The position numbers were made by a program, and so were the translations under genes. From positions 1 through 32,970 of the IMG/VR virus record IMGVR_UViG_3300020365_000066: DNA of 32,970 nucleotides, one strand, 5' to 3'. Under the pieces are notes generated by a model. It did no database searches, was not told the DNA's origin, and saw only the letters and a program-made list of their open reading frames with translations. Shown one piece after another: positions 1 through 7,390 of this stretch (positions are counted from its first letter, which is position 1; each line of letters starts with the position of its first letter). The DNA comes from a virus (taxonomy: Duplodnaviria; Caudoviricetes).

Positions 1-26
1 AATCCACCTGGATCGTCTAAGAAAAA

Positions 27-542
27 ATGAGAAAAGATCTCTTTGCTATTCCTGTATTTGAAACTCAGATCAAACTGAATAAAATCAAGACAATTGGTGG
101 CGAATTTCAACCCACTTGGGAGAGTGGTATCCTCACCACATTTGGTAGTGGGTTGACAGTTCGTCCTAGCACCTGGGAGTATCTAAAGAAAGTCATTCAA
201 CCATTTCTAGATGACTTAGGTGATCCATACAGACAAATTACCTTTACTGGTATGTGGCGTAACAAATACGACCCTAGATCATACCAAGGATATCACATTC
301 ACCCAAACTCTCAGTGGAGTTTTATTATCTACGAGGATGTGACATCCAGAACAGCATTTATGAATCCATCTTTTGCATTGATCCAAAATCAAATGAGTGA
401 TCATGTAAAATCATTTCCATTAGATTACAGACCTAATCTAGAACCAGGCAGCATGATTGTGTTCCCCTCCTTTATAGGACACGAGGTGCTCCCTGGTAAC
501 AATGGTACGACACTATCAGGAAACATTCTTGTGGAGTATTAA
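27..542 (+). CDS. 2OG-Fe(II) oxygenase-like protein (cyanophage family)
   Basis: HIH (HxH) motif, then SFIIY and the C-terminal PGSMIVFPSFIGHEV...LSGNI pattern typical of phage 2OG-Fe(II) oxygenases. Confidence 0.75.
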   Translation: MRKDLFAIPVFETQIKLNKIKTIGGEFQPTWESGILTTFGSGLTVRPSTWEYLKKVIQPFLDDLGDPYRQITFTGMWRNKYDPRSYQGYHIHPNSQWSFIIYEDVTSRTAFMNPSFALIQNQMSDHVKSFPLDYRPNLEPGSMIVFPSFIGHEVLPGNNGTTLSGNILVEY

Positions 543-555
543 AATATAATAAACT

Positions 556-569
556 GTATCGTATGTTAC
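556..569. promoter_or_regulatory. Candidate NtcA box (GTA-N8-TAC)
   Basis: GTA tcgtatgt TAC, directly upstream of the -35 box of the promoter for the riboswitch/DUF4278 island. Confidence 0.5.
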
Positions 570-572
570 CAT

Positions 573-601
573 TTGCATACACTATATAGTTATGGTATAA
601 T
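573..601 (+). promoter_or_regulatory. Sigma70-type promoter
   Basis: TTGCAT (573-578), 17 bp spacer, TATAAT (596-601) with extended -10 TG; predicted start ~608, just before the RNA motif. Confidence 0.7.
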
Positions 602-609
602 AACCACAT

Positions 610-842
610 CGTTCATCCTATGTTAGCAATGCTGCTAGCGATGACCCTCGCTCATCATGATGATGGCAACCCTTATGGGTGGCACATGAGTTGTGAAAGG
701 TTCCTACAGAAACGAGTTGAAATCCTTATGGATGACAACTTGGATCGTAGATCTAAATATAACTTGATAAGTTACTTTAGGTCTAAGGTGGAGGGTCAAT
801 GCAATCAGACTCTAACTTAGGACGCAAGTAAGTCGCGGAACG
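610..842 (+). ncRNA. Glutamine riboswitch-like unit 1 (glnA/Downstream-peptide type) with an ORF in the P2 loop
   Basis: P1 CGTTC (610-614)/GAACG (838-842); P2 TCCTA (616-620)/TAGGA (818-822); junction CGCAAGTA-AGTCG. Confidence 0.6.
620..820 (+). CDS. Small hypothetical protein with hydrophobic N-terminus and two Cys
   Basis: 66 aa ORF; signal-like N-terminus; MSC-x35-C pattern shared with the next ORF. Confidence 0.75.
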   Translation: MLAMLLAMTLAHHDDGNPYGWHMSCERFLQKRVEILMDDNLDRRSKYNLISYFRSKVEGQCNQTLT

Positions 843-845
843 GAG

Positions 846-1024
846 CGTTCACCCCATGTTTGAACTTCTATTATATTCATCGATGGCGTGTCCAGATGCT
901 GATGCTTTGATCTTTCGGATCAAAAAGCAAGAGCACTTGGAACCAGAGATCAGAATAGAACTGGTTGAAACCGTAAAGGAATCTGTACCAGAATGCTACT
1001 GGGGCGCAAACGACTGAAGGAACG
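846..1024 (+). ncRNA. Glutamine-II (Downstream-peptide) riboswitch-like unit 2 with an ORF in the P2 loop
   Basis: P1 CGTTC (846-850)/GAACG (1020-1024); P2 CCCCA (852-856)/TGGGG (1000-1004); CGACT (1011-1015) complementary to upstream AGTCG (831-835) as a pseudoknot; lies directly upstream of a DUF4278-like ORF. Confidence 0.65.
856..1017 (+). CDS. Small hypothetical protein (53 aa), probable distant paralog of 620..820
   Basis: Translated by hand: MFELLLYSSMACPDADALIFRIKKQEHLEPEIRIELVETVKESVPECYWGAND; GGAG at 842-845. Confidence 0.7.
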   Translation: MFELLLYSSMACPDADALIFRIKKQEHLEPEIRIELVETVKESVPECYWGAND

Positions 1025-1059
1025 GCACTAAACCGCCTAGTATTTCAGGAGCACCTACA

Positions 1060-1227
1060 ATGAACACACTTCAGCTTGTAAAGAAGCAGATCAACAAAGC
1101 ATCTGCCCTACATGATGCACAGATCTCTCACACTGCATACCGTGGTGTAGAGTATAATGTGTGTGATGTAAAGAGCATCGAAACTCACGGTACATACACA
1201 TACCGTGGTCGCACCTATACCAAGTGA
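1060..1227 (+). CDS. DUF4278-like small protein (55 aa)
   Basis: MNTLQLVKKQINKASALHDAQISHTAYRGVEY...TYTYRGRTYTK; two YRGxxY motifs; AGGAG SD upstream. Confidence 0.85.
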   Translation: MNTLQLVKKQINKASALHDAQISHTAYRGVEYNVCDVKSIETHGTYTYRGRTYTK

Positions 1228-1232
1228 TAGTC

Positions 1233-1328
1233 ATGGAAGCACTACAGGTAGTTGGATTAACATCCCTAGCATGTGTTGCCTTCATTGGTATGATTTATGG
1301 TGAGGTCCTTCTCTTAAAGAGGGGGTAG
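1233..1328 (+). CDS. 31 aa single-pass membrane peptide
   Basis: MEALQVVGLTSLACVAFIGMIYGEVLLLKRG, packed tightly between neighbours. Confidence 0.6.
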   Translation: MEALQVVGLTSLACVAFIGMIYGEVLLLKRG

Positions 1329-1333
1329 GATAG

Positions 1334-1495
1334 ATGCTGAAGGTCAGGTTTGAATACGACCTTCCAGAATACGATCCTTTGAAGCACGATCCAGATAAAA
1401 CCTTTGCGTTTTTGACTTATCGTGGAGTCCATTATGCAAAGTGGGTAAACTTAAAAGTAAATTTTGGGTTTCAAAACTGGAAAGTCAATAGATGA
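1334..1495 (+). CDS. Small protein with DUF4278-like LTYRGVHY motif (53 aa)
   Basis: MLKVRFEYDLPEYDPLKHDPDKTFAFLTYRGVHYAKWVNLKVNFGFQNWKVNR; AGGA SD; followed by a terminator. Confidence 0.7.
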   Translation: MLKVRFEYDLPEYDPLKHDPDKTFAFLTYRGVHYAKWVNLKVNFGFQNWKVNR

Positions 1496-1518
1496 GAGGG
1501 TTCGCCCTCTCTTTTTTT
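1494..1518 (+). terminator. Rho-independent terminator
   Basis: GAGAGGG-TTCG-CCCTCTC followed by a T run. Confidence 0.9.
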
Positions 1519-1663
1519 ATAGGTATTTACTCGTAGGCAATAATATTCGTTGCGTAACTAGTATAATCTAATACTTTTTGTGTAAATAGTAATAGAATTA
1601 TGCGAGGTGAAAAAATGAATCCTACCCTCCCTTATATTATGAATCAATTTATGGAGGTGAGTA

Positions 1664-1849
1664 ATGCACAATCTATTATCACGCGCTCAGTTGGACGAGT
1701 GGCGTCACCTTGAAAATACATTAGATGATATTGAAGTGGAGAATCAAAAACTTGATGACTACTTTGAATGTATTATTGAATGTGACGCACTAGGACAACA
1801 CGAGTGTAAAAAAATCTGTAGAGGTATTCTTATGTATCAGACGAGATGA
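1664..1849 (+). CDS. Conserved cyanophage/picocyanobacterial hypothetical protein, Cys-rich C-terminus
   Basis: GGAGG SD; DDYFECIIECD...ECKKIC (Cx3C...Cx3C). Confidence 0.75.
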   Translation: MHNLLSRAQLDEWRHLENTLDDIEVENQKLDDYFECIIECDALGQHECKKICRGILMYQTR

Positions 1850-1854
1850 AGATC

Positions 1855-1880
1855 AGGGGGGTTGCCGCCCCCCTTTTTTT
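1855..1880 (+). terminator. Rho-independent terminator
   Basis: AGGGGGG-TTGCCG-CCCCCCT followed by a T run. Confidence 0.85.
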
Positions 1881-1913
1881 ATGTTACCCTATATAATAAA
1901 AGGAAGTTTAACT

Positions 1914-2075
1914 ATGGATCGAGAGAGACTTAAACTAATCTACAAAAATTTAAAGTCCTTGTTGAATGCTCTTGAATCAGAAATATATTCTGATGTTGAT
2001 AGCTATACAAAAAGCAGCACTCGTGCTACAATAGAAACTATCTTTACCGATGATGATGATGGTTACCCAGACTAA
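1914..2075 (+). CDS. Conserved cyanophage hypothetical protein
   Basis: MDRERLKLIYKNLKSLLNALESEIYSD...DDDDGYPD; start moved to ATG 1914 after AGGA. Confidence 0.75.
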   Translation: MDRERLKLIYKNLKSLLNALESEIYSDVDSYTKSSTRATIETIFTDDDDGYPD

Positions 2076-2085
2076 TTAAAACTAT

Positions 2086-2340
2086 ATGACGCGCTTAAAA
2101 GATCAAATTAGATTAGCAAAACTAGCGTTAGAACAACCAGAGCTCTTCACTGATGCAGAGCTCATCTATATGAAGAGGCAACTTCGGCAAGCGAAGTTGG
2201 AGTTGAAGAAGAAAAAACAATTAAAGAAGAGAGGATTTGGTAATGAGTCAAGTGAAACTGGTGACAGTGACACCCGACGCAGAAAAGACGATGGGGTTCG
2301 TGGCACGAGTGAGCAACCCGAACAACCAGGAGAACCCTAA
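2086..2340 (+). CDS. Hypothetical basic protein; its tail overlaps thyX
   Basis: Helical K/R-rich ORF ending in a KRGFG motif, then a low-complexity tail within thyX. Confidence 0.65.
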   Translation: MTRLKDQIRLAKLALEQPELFTDAELIYMKRQLRQAKLELKKKKQLKKRGFGNESSETGDSDTRRRKDDGVRGTSEQPEQPGEP

Positions 2341-2881
2341 GGTCGCTGGTCTGCTAAAGTATTGCATCAAGCATCAGCATTGGTCTGTGTTTGAGCAAGC
2401 GCACATGACGCTAGAGATTGAGACTACCAGGGGACTGGCAGCTCAAATTTTACGTCATCGTTCGTTCACATATCAAGAATTTTCACAACGCTATGCTGAT
2501 AGTAGTCTGCTCAGTGAAACTATTCCTATGATTGAATTGCGATCTCAGGATCTCAAGAACAGACAGAATAGTATTGATGATGTAGATGAATTTAAAAAGC
2601 AACGCTTTGAAATTCTAATCCAGAAGCACTTTGAACGCAGCATGAAACTGTACCAACAGATGCTCAGAGAAGGAATCGCAAAGGAGTGTGCACGTTTTGT
2701 GCTTCCCCTCGCTGTTCCCACAAAAATCTACATGACGGGATCAGTTCGCTCATGGATTCATTATATTACTCTGAGGTCTGCTAACGGTACGCAGAAAGAA
2801 CACATGGATATCGCTCTCGCTTGTAGAGATATCTTCGTAGAACAATTCCCTATTTGTGCGGAGGCACTTGAATGGTCATGA
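2243..2881 (+). CDS. thyX: FAD-dependent thymidylate synthase
   Basis: HWSVFE, RHRSFTYQEFSQRY signature, ARFVLP, LRSANGTQKEH. Confidence 0.96.
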   Translation: MSQVKLVTVTPDAEKTMGFVARVSNPNNQENPKVAGLLKYCIKHQHWSVFEQAHMTLEIETTRGLAAQILRHRSFTYQEFSQRYADSSLLSETIPMIELRSQDLKNRQNSIDDVDEFKKQRFEILIQKHFERSMKLYQQMLREGIAKECARFVLPLAVPTKIYMTGSVRSWIHYITLRSANGTQKEHMDIALACRDIFVEQFPICAEALEWS

Positions 2882-3096
2882 AATCTATTACACTTGAAGA
2901 ATACGAAAAGGCAGGAGATGAATTCTGGCCAAAGTATGATTATGTTGCACGGCAATTGGGTGAGCAACCCAAACCAGAACAAGTCCTGAAAGTAATGGAA
3001 GCACTTGCTCAGGTTGTTATGAAAAACAGAGTCGAAGACAAACTTGCACCCTTTGGATTTAATAAGGAGAAAAAAGATGCCGACCTATCCAGTTAA
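2878..3096 (+). CDS. Hypothetical protein
   Basis: ATGA overlap with the thyX stop; operon packing. Confidence 0.7.
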   Translation: MKSITLEEYEKAGDEFWPKYDYVARQLGEQPKPEQVLKVMEALAQVVMKNRVEDKLAPFGFNKEKKDADLSS

Positions 3097-3340
3097 AAAT
3101 TTAAAGACGGGAGAGACTAAGGAACTTTCCATGACCATGAAAGAATACATGGCATGGAAGGAAGAGAATCCTGATTGGGATAAAGATTGGCAAGCAGGTT
3201 GCGCTAGTGCTGGCGAAGTTGGTGACTGGCGTGATAAAATGTCCAAGACACATCCTGGTTGGAAGGATGTAATGTCAAAAGTAAAAGAGGCTCCTGGTTA
3301 CGGGAAGTCAATCAAACACAAAGACGGTTATCAGTGGTAA
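3077..3340 (+). CDS. Conserved T4-like hypothetical protein upstream of phoH
   Basis: MPTYPVKN... start after AGGAG; GWKDVMSKVK motif; typical position before phoH. Confidence 0.8.
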   Translation: MPTYPVKNLKTGETKELSMTMKEYMAWKEENPDWDKDWQAGCASAGEVGDWRDKMSKTHPGWKDVMSKVKEAPGYGKSIKHKDGYQW

Positions 3341-3343
3341 ATT

Positions 3344-4093
3344 ATGGCTAGAGGTAGAGGAAAAGGACCCGTCCCACCTGGGATGTCCAGAAAGCAAATG
3401 AAGCGTAAGAAACCAATCAATGAGACTTACCTTCTTAACATTGAACCGCTGACTGAGACTCAAGAATCATTCTTTGAGGAGTGGGGCAGTAGTAAGAACA
3501 TCTTTGCTTATGGTGCAGCAGGCACGGGCAAGACATTCATTGCATTGTATCTTGCACTCCAAGATATTCTGGATGAGAATTCTCCATACGAGAAGTTGTA
3601 CATCGTTCGTTCTCTAGTTGCTACGAGGGAGATTGGTTTCCTTCCTGGCACACATGAGGACAAGGCATCTCTTTATCAGATTCCATACAAGAATATGGTG
3701 AAGCATATGTTTGAGATGCCTGATGACAATAGTTTTGAGATGCTCTATGAGAATCTCAAACATCAGGAGACAGTATCATTCTGGTCCACCTCGTTCCTTA
3801 GAGGAACTACACTTGACAATGCTATTATAATTGTAGATGAATGTCAGAACTTGAACTTCCATGAACTGGATAGTATCATGACTCGTATCGGACAGGACAG
3901 TAAGATCTGTTTCTGTGGTGATGTGAATCAGTCTGACCTTCAGAAAACAAATGAGCGTAATGGAATCCTAGATTTCCAACGCATCCTTCAGAACATGGAG
4001 GAGTTCTCCATGATTGAGTTTGGTGTCAACGACATCGTTCGCTCTGGACTAGTGAAGTCCTACCTTATCAGTAAAATGTCTCTGGGATATTAA
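3344..4093 (+). CDS. phoH: PhoH-like ATPase
   Basis: Walker A GAAGTGKT, IGFLPG, LRGTTLD, DECQN, GDVNQSD, IVRSGLV. Confidence 0.96.
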   Translation: MARGRGKGPVPPGMSRKQMKRKKPINETYLLNIEPLTETQESFFEEWGSSKNIFAYGAAGTGKTFIALYLALQDILDENSPYEKLYIVRSLVATREIGFLPGTHEDKASLYQIPYKNMVKHMFEMPDDNSFEMLYENLKHQETVSFWSTSFLRGTTLDNAIIIVDECQNLNFHELDSIMTRIGQDSKICFCGDVNQSDLQKTNERNGILDFQRILQNMEEFSMIEFGVNDIVRSGLVKSYLISKMSLGY

Positions 4094-4791
4094 TGAATTT
4101 GTTTAATCATGTTGGTGGTCTAACACCAGTTGAAATGGTAGCAGAGATGGTTGATGGCAAGCGTGTCTACAACACACCCTCTGGTCACCGTTACCCGTCG
4201 ATCACCACCGTGATTAGCAATAATGCTAAGAAGCAAGCAGGTCTTGCTAGGTGGCGAGCTCGAGTTGGTAAGGAGAAAGCGGCGAACATTACTTCTAGAT
4301 CCGCAGGTCGTGGCACAAAGTATCATTCTATTGCAGAGGATTACTTCAACAACGATCTAGATCTAAAAAAGTACAAGGAGTTTCCGCTGCCTGTGCTGAT
4401 GTTTAATCACAGCAGGCATATTCTTGACCGCATAAATAATATTTTACTGCAAGAAGCAGCACTCTATTCCGATCATCTAGAAGTTGCGGGTCGGGTTGAT
4501 TGTATCGCTGAGTATGATGGAGTTCTCTCTATCATTGACTTCAAGACTGCTGCTGAACCGAAGAAAGAATCATACCTTTACGACTATTTTGTACAGGAGA
4601 CAGCGTATGCCTGTTGCCTGCAAGAGATTTATGGTATCACTGTAAAGCAACTCGTAACTATTGTTGCTTGTGAGAATGGCGACACGCAAGTAAAGGTTGA
4701 ACCTCCTCGGAAAGAATATCTATTGCGGTTGATAGAGTACATCGACGAATACAAAACCAAGCATGGACAAATCACAACTACTAGAGGATAA
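4093..4791 (+). CDS. PD-(D/E)XK exonuclease
   Basis: YPSITTV, RGTKYH, AGRVDCIAE...IIDFKT, YFVQETAYA. Confidence 0.9.
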   Translation: MNLFNHVGGLTPVEMVAEMVDGKRVYNTPSGHRYPSITTVISNNAKKQAGLARWRARVGKEKAANITSRSAGRGTKYHSIAEDYFNNDLDLKKYKEFPLPVLMFNHSRHILDRINNILLQEAALYSDHLEVAGRVDCIAEYDGVLSIIDFKTAAEPKKESYLYDYFVQETAYACCLQEIYGITVKQLVTIVACENGDTQVKVEPPRKEYLLRLIEYIDEYKTKHGQITTTRG

Positions 4792-5017
4792 ATTTATGAC
4801 ACCTGCAAAATTTTCGCAGGAAGTTGAGAAGATTGCTATCCACAATGTAGATATGAATTACATTGATGCAGTTCTTCATTTCTGTGAAGTGAATGAAATT
4901 GAAGTAGAATCCGTACCGAAACTACTGTCCAAACCATTGAAAGAAAAGATTAAATATGAAGCACAGAGGTTAAACTACATGAAGAAAACTTCTCGCGCAA
5001 AATTGATGCTAGTCTAA
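4763..5017 (+). CDS. gp33: Late-promoter transcription co-activator (T4 gp33-like)
   Basis: FSQEVEK...YIDAVLHFCE.NEIEVESV.KLLSKPLKEKIKYEA; synteny before gp32. Confidence 0.88.
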   Translation: MDKSQLLEDKFMTPAKFSQEVEKIAIHNVDMNYIDAVLHFCEVNEIEVESVPKLLSKPLKEKIKYEAQRLNYMKKTSRAKLMLV

Positions 5018-5358
5018 TGGGTAAATTTTTTCAATCAGAAATGGTGCGGGGTGACATCCAAGAGATGGCAACCCTACAAGAATATTGTTTCAAGTGCGCC
5101 ATGAACATGGTACTCTTGAATAAAGAACAGAAGTTAGAGTATTTTGAAGCACTTGAAATGCTCATTGAAAAACAAAAACTATTTTACTTGAGGGTTCACC
5201 TCAGTGAAGATGAAGAAGCACAATCTGTTTGCGAGAACATGAAGCAAGCAGTCGTGATGTTAGGAGGAGACGCATCCATGTCAGTCTTGGACATGTTCGA
5301 CGACCTCCTGGGTAAACTAAAAGTTTTCAAACAACAACTAGAGGCGGAAGGAGATTGA
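5017..5358 (+). CDS. Conserved hypothetical protein (DUF1825-like)
   Basis: FFQSEMV...LIEKQKLFYLRVHLSEDEEA pattern; position between gp33 and gp32. Confidence 0.75.
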   Translation: MGKFFQSEMVRGDIQEMATLQEYCFKCAMNMVLLNKEQKLEYFEALEMLIEKQKLFYLRVHLSEDEEAQSVCENMKQAVVMLGGDASMSVLDMFDDLLGKLKVFKQQLEAEGD

Positions 5359-5383
5359 CTCCCAACCTCCCGCCTGTTATAAT
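5355..5383 (+). promoter_or_regulatory. Sigma70-type promoter for gp32
   Basis: TTGACT, 17 bp spacer, TATAAT with extended -10 TG. Confidence 0.8.
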
Positions 5384-5438
5384 GATCAAGTGATTGGGAG
5401 TCACACAGACCAAATCCAAACTAATCCGAGGTAATCTA

Positions 5439-6368
5439 ATGTCTTTTGCAGATCTTAAGCGTAAATCCCAGAGCAACTTTGACTTCCTTCAAAAGGAACT
5501 TGAAAAATCCGCCAGCGGTAAGCAGGTTGATGAGCGATTCTGGAAACCAGAGGTTGACGCTTCAGGAAACGGTTACGCAGTAATTCGTTTCCTCCCAGCA
5601 CCTGAAGGTGAGACGGTGCCCTGGGCAAAGGTGTACTCCCACGCATTCCAAGGCGTTGGTGGTTGGTACATCGAAAACTCTCTCACCACACTGGGTGAAA
5701 AGGATCCCGTAGGTGAAGTAAACCGCCGTCTCTGGAACAGCGGTAGTGATGAAGATAAAGAGACTGCTCGTAAGCAGAAGCGTAAGCTCCAGTATTACAG
5801 CAACATCTATGTCGTGAAGGATCCTAAGCATCCTGAAAACGAAGGTAAGGTATTCCTTTACAAGTACGGCAAGAAGATCCATGATAAGATCCTTGCTGCT
5901 ATGCAACCTGAGTTCCAAGACGAGACTCCTGTCAATGTCTTCGATCTTTGGGAAGGTGCCAACTTCAAACTGAAGATCAAGAAAGTTGCGGGATACTGGA
6001 ACTATGATAGTTCTGAGTTTGATAGTGTTAGTGCTCTGTCTGCAGATGATTCTGAACTTGAAGCAACCTGGAAACAGGAACACTCGTTAGAAGCATTCAC
6101 TTCTAAGGATCAGTTCAAATCATACGAAGATCTTGAGCGTCGTCTCAACCTTGTGTTGGGTGTCGGGTCGCGTCCTGCTGCCCGTGTTCCTGATGAGTCT
6201 TTCGAGGACGAGTCAGAGGGTCGTGGATCTTTCAACGATCCTGACATCACACCTCAGTCTTCGTTCCGTCAGCAGATGAGTGCTCCTGCACCGTCTCCTG
6301 TCAAGCAGGAAGCAGTCGTCGATGATGACGATGCGCTGTCCTACTTCGCTCGTCTGGCGGAGGAGTGA
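5439..6368 (+). CDS. gp32: Single-stranded DNA-binding protein (T4 gp32-like)
   Basis: MSFADLK, DERFWKP, GNGYAVIRFLP, GANFKLK, NYDSSEF, acidic tail; GAGGT SD. Confidence 0.96.
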   Translation: MSFADLKRKSQSNFDFLQKELEKSASGKQVDERFWKPEVDASGNGYAVIRFLPAPEGETVPWAKVYSHAFQGVGGWYIENSLTTLGEKDPVGEVNRRLWNSGSDEDKETARKQKRKLQYYSNIYVVKDPKHPENEGKVFLYKYGKKIHDKILAAMQPEFQDETPVNVFDLWEGANFKLKIKKVAGYWNYDSSEFDSVSALSADDSELEATWKQEHSLEAFTSKDQFKSYEDLERRLNLVLGVGSRPAARVPDESFEDESEGRGSFNDPDITPQSSFRQQMSAPAPSPVKQEAVVDDDDALSYFARLAEE

Positions 6369-6484
6369 TGGACTCAGCAGTACACGCATGGAACTCCATG
6401 TCCTACGGGGAGGGGTTCCTCTTCTCCCTCTGGGTCATCGGGATGTATTACATCAAACTTCGTATGGACAAGTTCATTAAGTGA
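6368..6484 (+). CDS. 38 aa membrane peptide
   Basis: MDSAVHAWNSMSYGEGFLFSLWVIGMYYIKLRMDKFIK; TGATG and GTGA overlaps with both neighbours; GGAGG upstream. Confidence 0.65.
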   Translation: MDSAVHAWNSMSYGEGFLFSLWVIGMYYIKLRMDKFIK

Positions 6485-6666
6485 ACAAAATTATCCAGGT
6501 CCTAGGGCATCCAGTCACACTGTTTAATCTGATGTTGGTTGGAACCCTAGGATTGATTGAGGTGATTCACACTAGGGCACATCATACTATGGAACTAGAT
6601 GTTCATGGTCATGTGCATCAGTATCTCAGGAAACATCCTGAGACCTGTGACTATATTGATTATTGA
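6481..6666 (+). CDS. Small membrane-anchored His-rich hypothetical protein
   Basis: Hydrophobic segment then HTRAHH...HGHVH. Confidence 0.65.
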   Translation: MNKIIQVLGHPVTLFNLMLVGTLGLIEVIHTRAHHTMELDVHGHVHQYLRKHPETCDYIDY

Positions 6667-6673
6667 ATTCTGT

Positions 6674-6718
6674 AAAACTGGAAAAATTTTTTCCGCAAAT
6701 TTTTTGCTCAAAAGGTCG
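6674..6718. repeat. 45 bp intergenic A-tract/palindrome element, copy 1
   Basis: 37/45 ungapped identity with 10324-10368; core palindrome GGAAAAA-T-TTTTTCC. Confidence 0.8.
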
Positions 6719-6738
6719 CGCTAGTCGTGACCTTTTTT
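6710..6738. terminator. Bidirectional terminator between convergent genes
   Basis: AAAAGGTCGCG-CTAGT-CGTGACCTTTTTT. Confidence 0.75.
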
Positions 6739-7390
6739 AATTGGATTCTTTTAGTCTGGAACTGATGTAACTGCTAGACTCCTTGTATCGATTACCTTCA
6801 ACAAAATCTTTCACGAAACTTTCTAGGTACTCTTTTCTCAGTAGATATATCTCTCGCTTCTCTTCATTCTTTTGGTATTCATACTCAATGTTAGTCACTG
6901 GTTTACTTAATTGATTTCCAGGTAAAGTTACAGCACCTACATCATGATTGAATGTGTGTGGTGTGTCGTAGTAATTTTTGTCTACAATAATACCTGCCTC
7001 TAATAATACAACACCGTTTGGTGTTTTATATTCGAGAGTTTCGTAGTGATGGATGCCACTGTATGCTCCGTCTAAACCGTAAGTTTTTTCAGCAAGTTTT
7101 CTAACAGTATCATCGTTAGTTGGCAAACCAAACAATGGATTGATTAGATTGTTTGTTAGAGCAATGACCCAATCATATGTTTCATTACCATATACATTGT
7201 ATGCAATGGTGTCGAGTCTCTCTCCTTCTTTAACAGAATATTTTTTAAAGTATACAGCAAACTCAAAGATATCTGGATTGATTTGATATCTTATGAAGAA
7301 GTTCTTTGCTGTGACATAATCAGATTCTGAGAAGGGAAACTTGATAGGTCTTACTGGTTGTTTAATGTCAGGTATTAATGAAAAGTACAT
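6737..7390 (-). CDS. gp53: Baseplate wedge protein (T4 gp53-like)
   Basis: MYFS.IP, GERLDTIAYNVYG...DWVIALTN, IHHYET, NEEKREIYLL. Confidence 0.9.
   Translation of the reverse strand: MYFSLIPDIKQPVRPIKFPFSESDYVTAKNFFIRYQINPDIFEFAVYFKKYSVKEGERLDTIAYNVYGNETYDWVIALTNNLINPLFGLPTNDDTVRKLAEKTYGLDGAYSGIHHYETLEYKTPNGVVLLEAGIIVDKNYYDTPHTFNHDVGAVTLPGNQLSKPVTNIEYEYQKNEEKREIYLLRKEYLESFVKDFVEGNRYKESSSYISSRLKESN

Noticed and set aside
1091-1285. 64 aa minus-strand ORF
   Set aside because: Antisense to the DUF4278-like gene, which has an SD, motifs and operon context.
2243-2340. 98 nt overlap of the 2086 ORF with thyX as possible dual coding
   Set aside because: The tail is low-complexity after a natural-looking KRGFG end; most simply a run-on past a lost stop.
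4093-4791. Exonuclease as Cas4
   Set aside because: The Cas4 Fe-S cysteine arrangement is not evident and there is no array; this is the usual core gene between phoH and gp33.
6280-6480. 66 aa ORF overlapping the gp32 end
   Set aside because: The 6368..6484 frame fits better, with stop/start overlaps on both sides and an SD.
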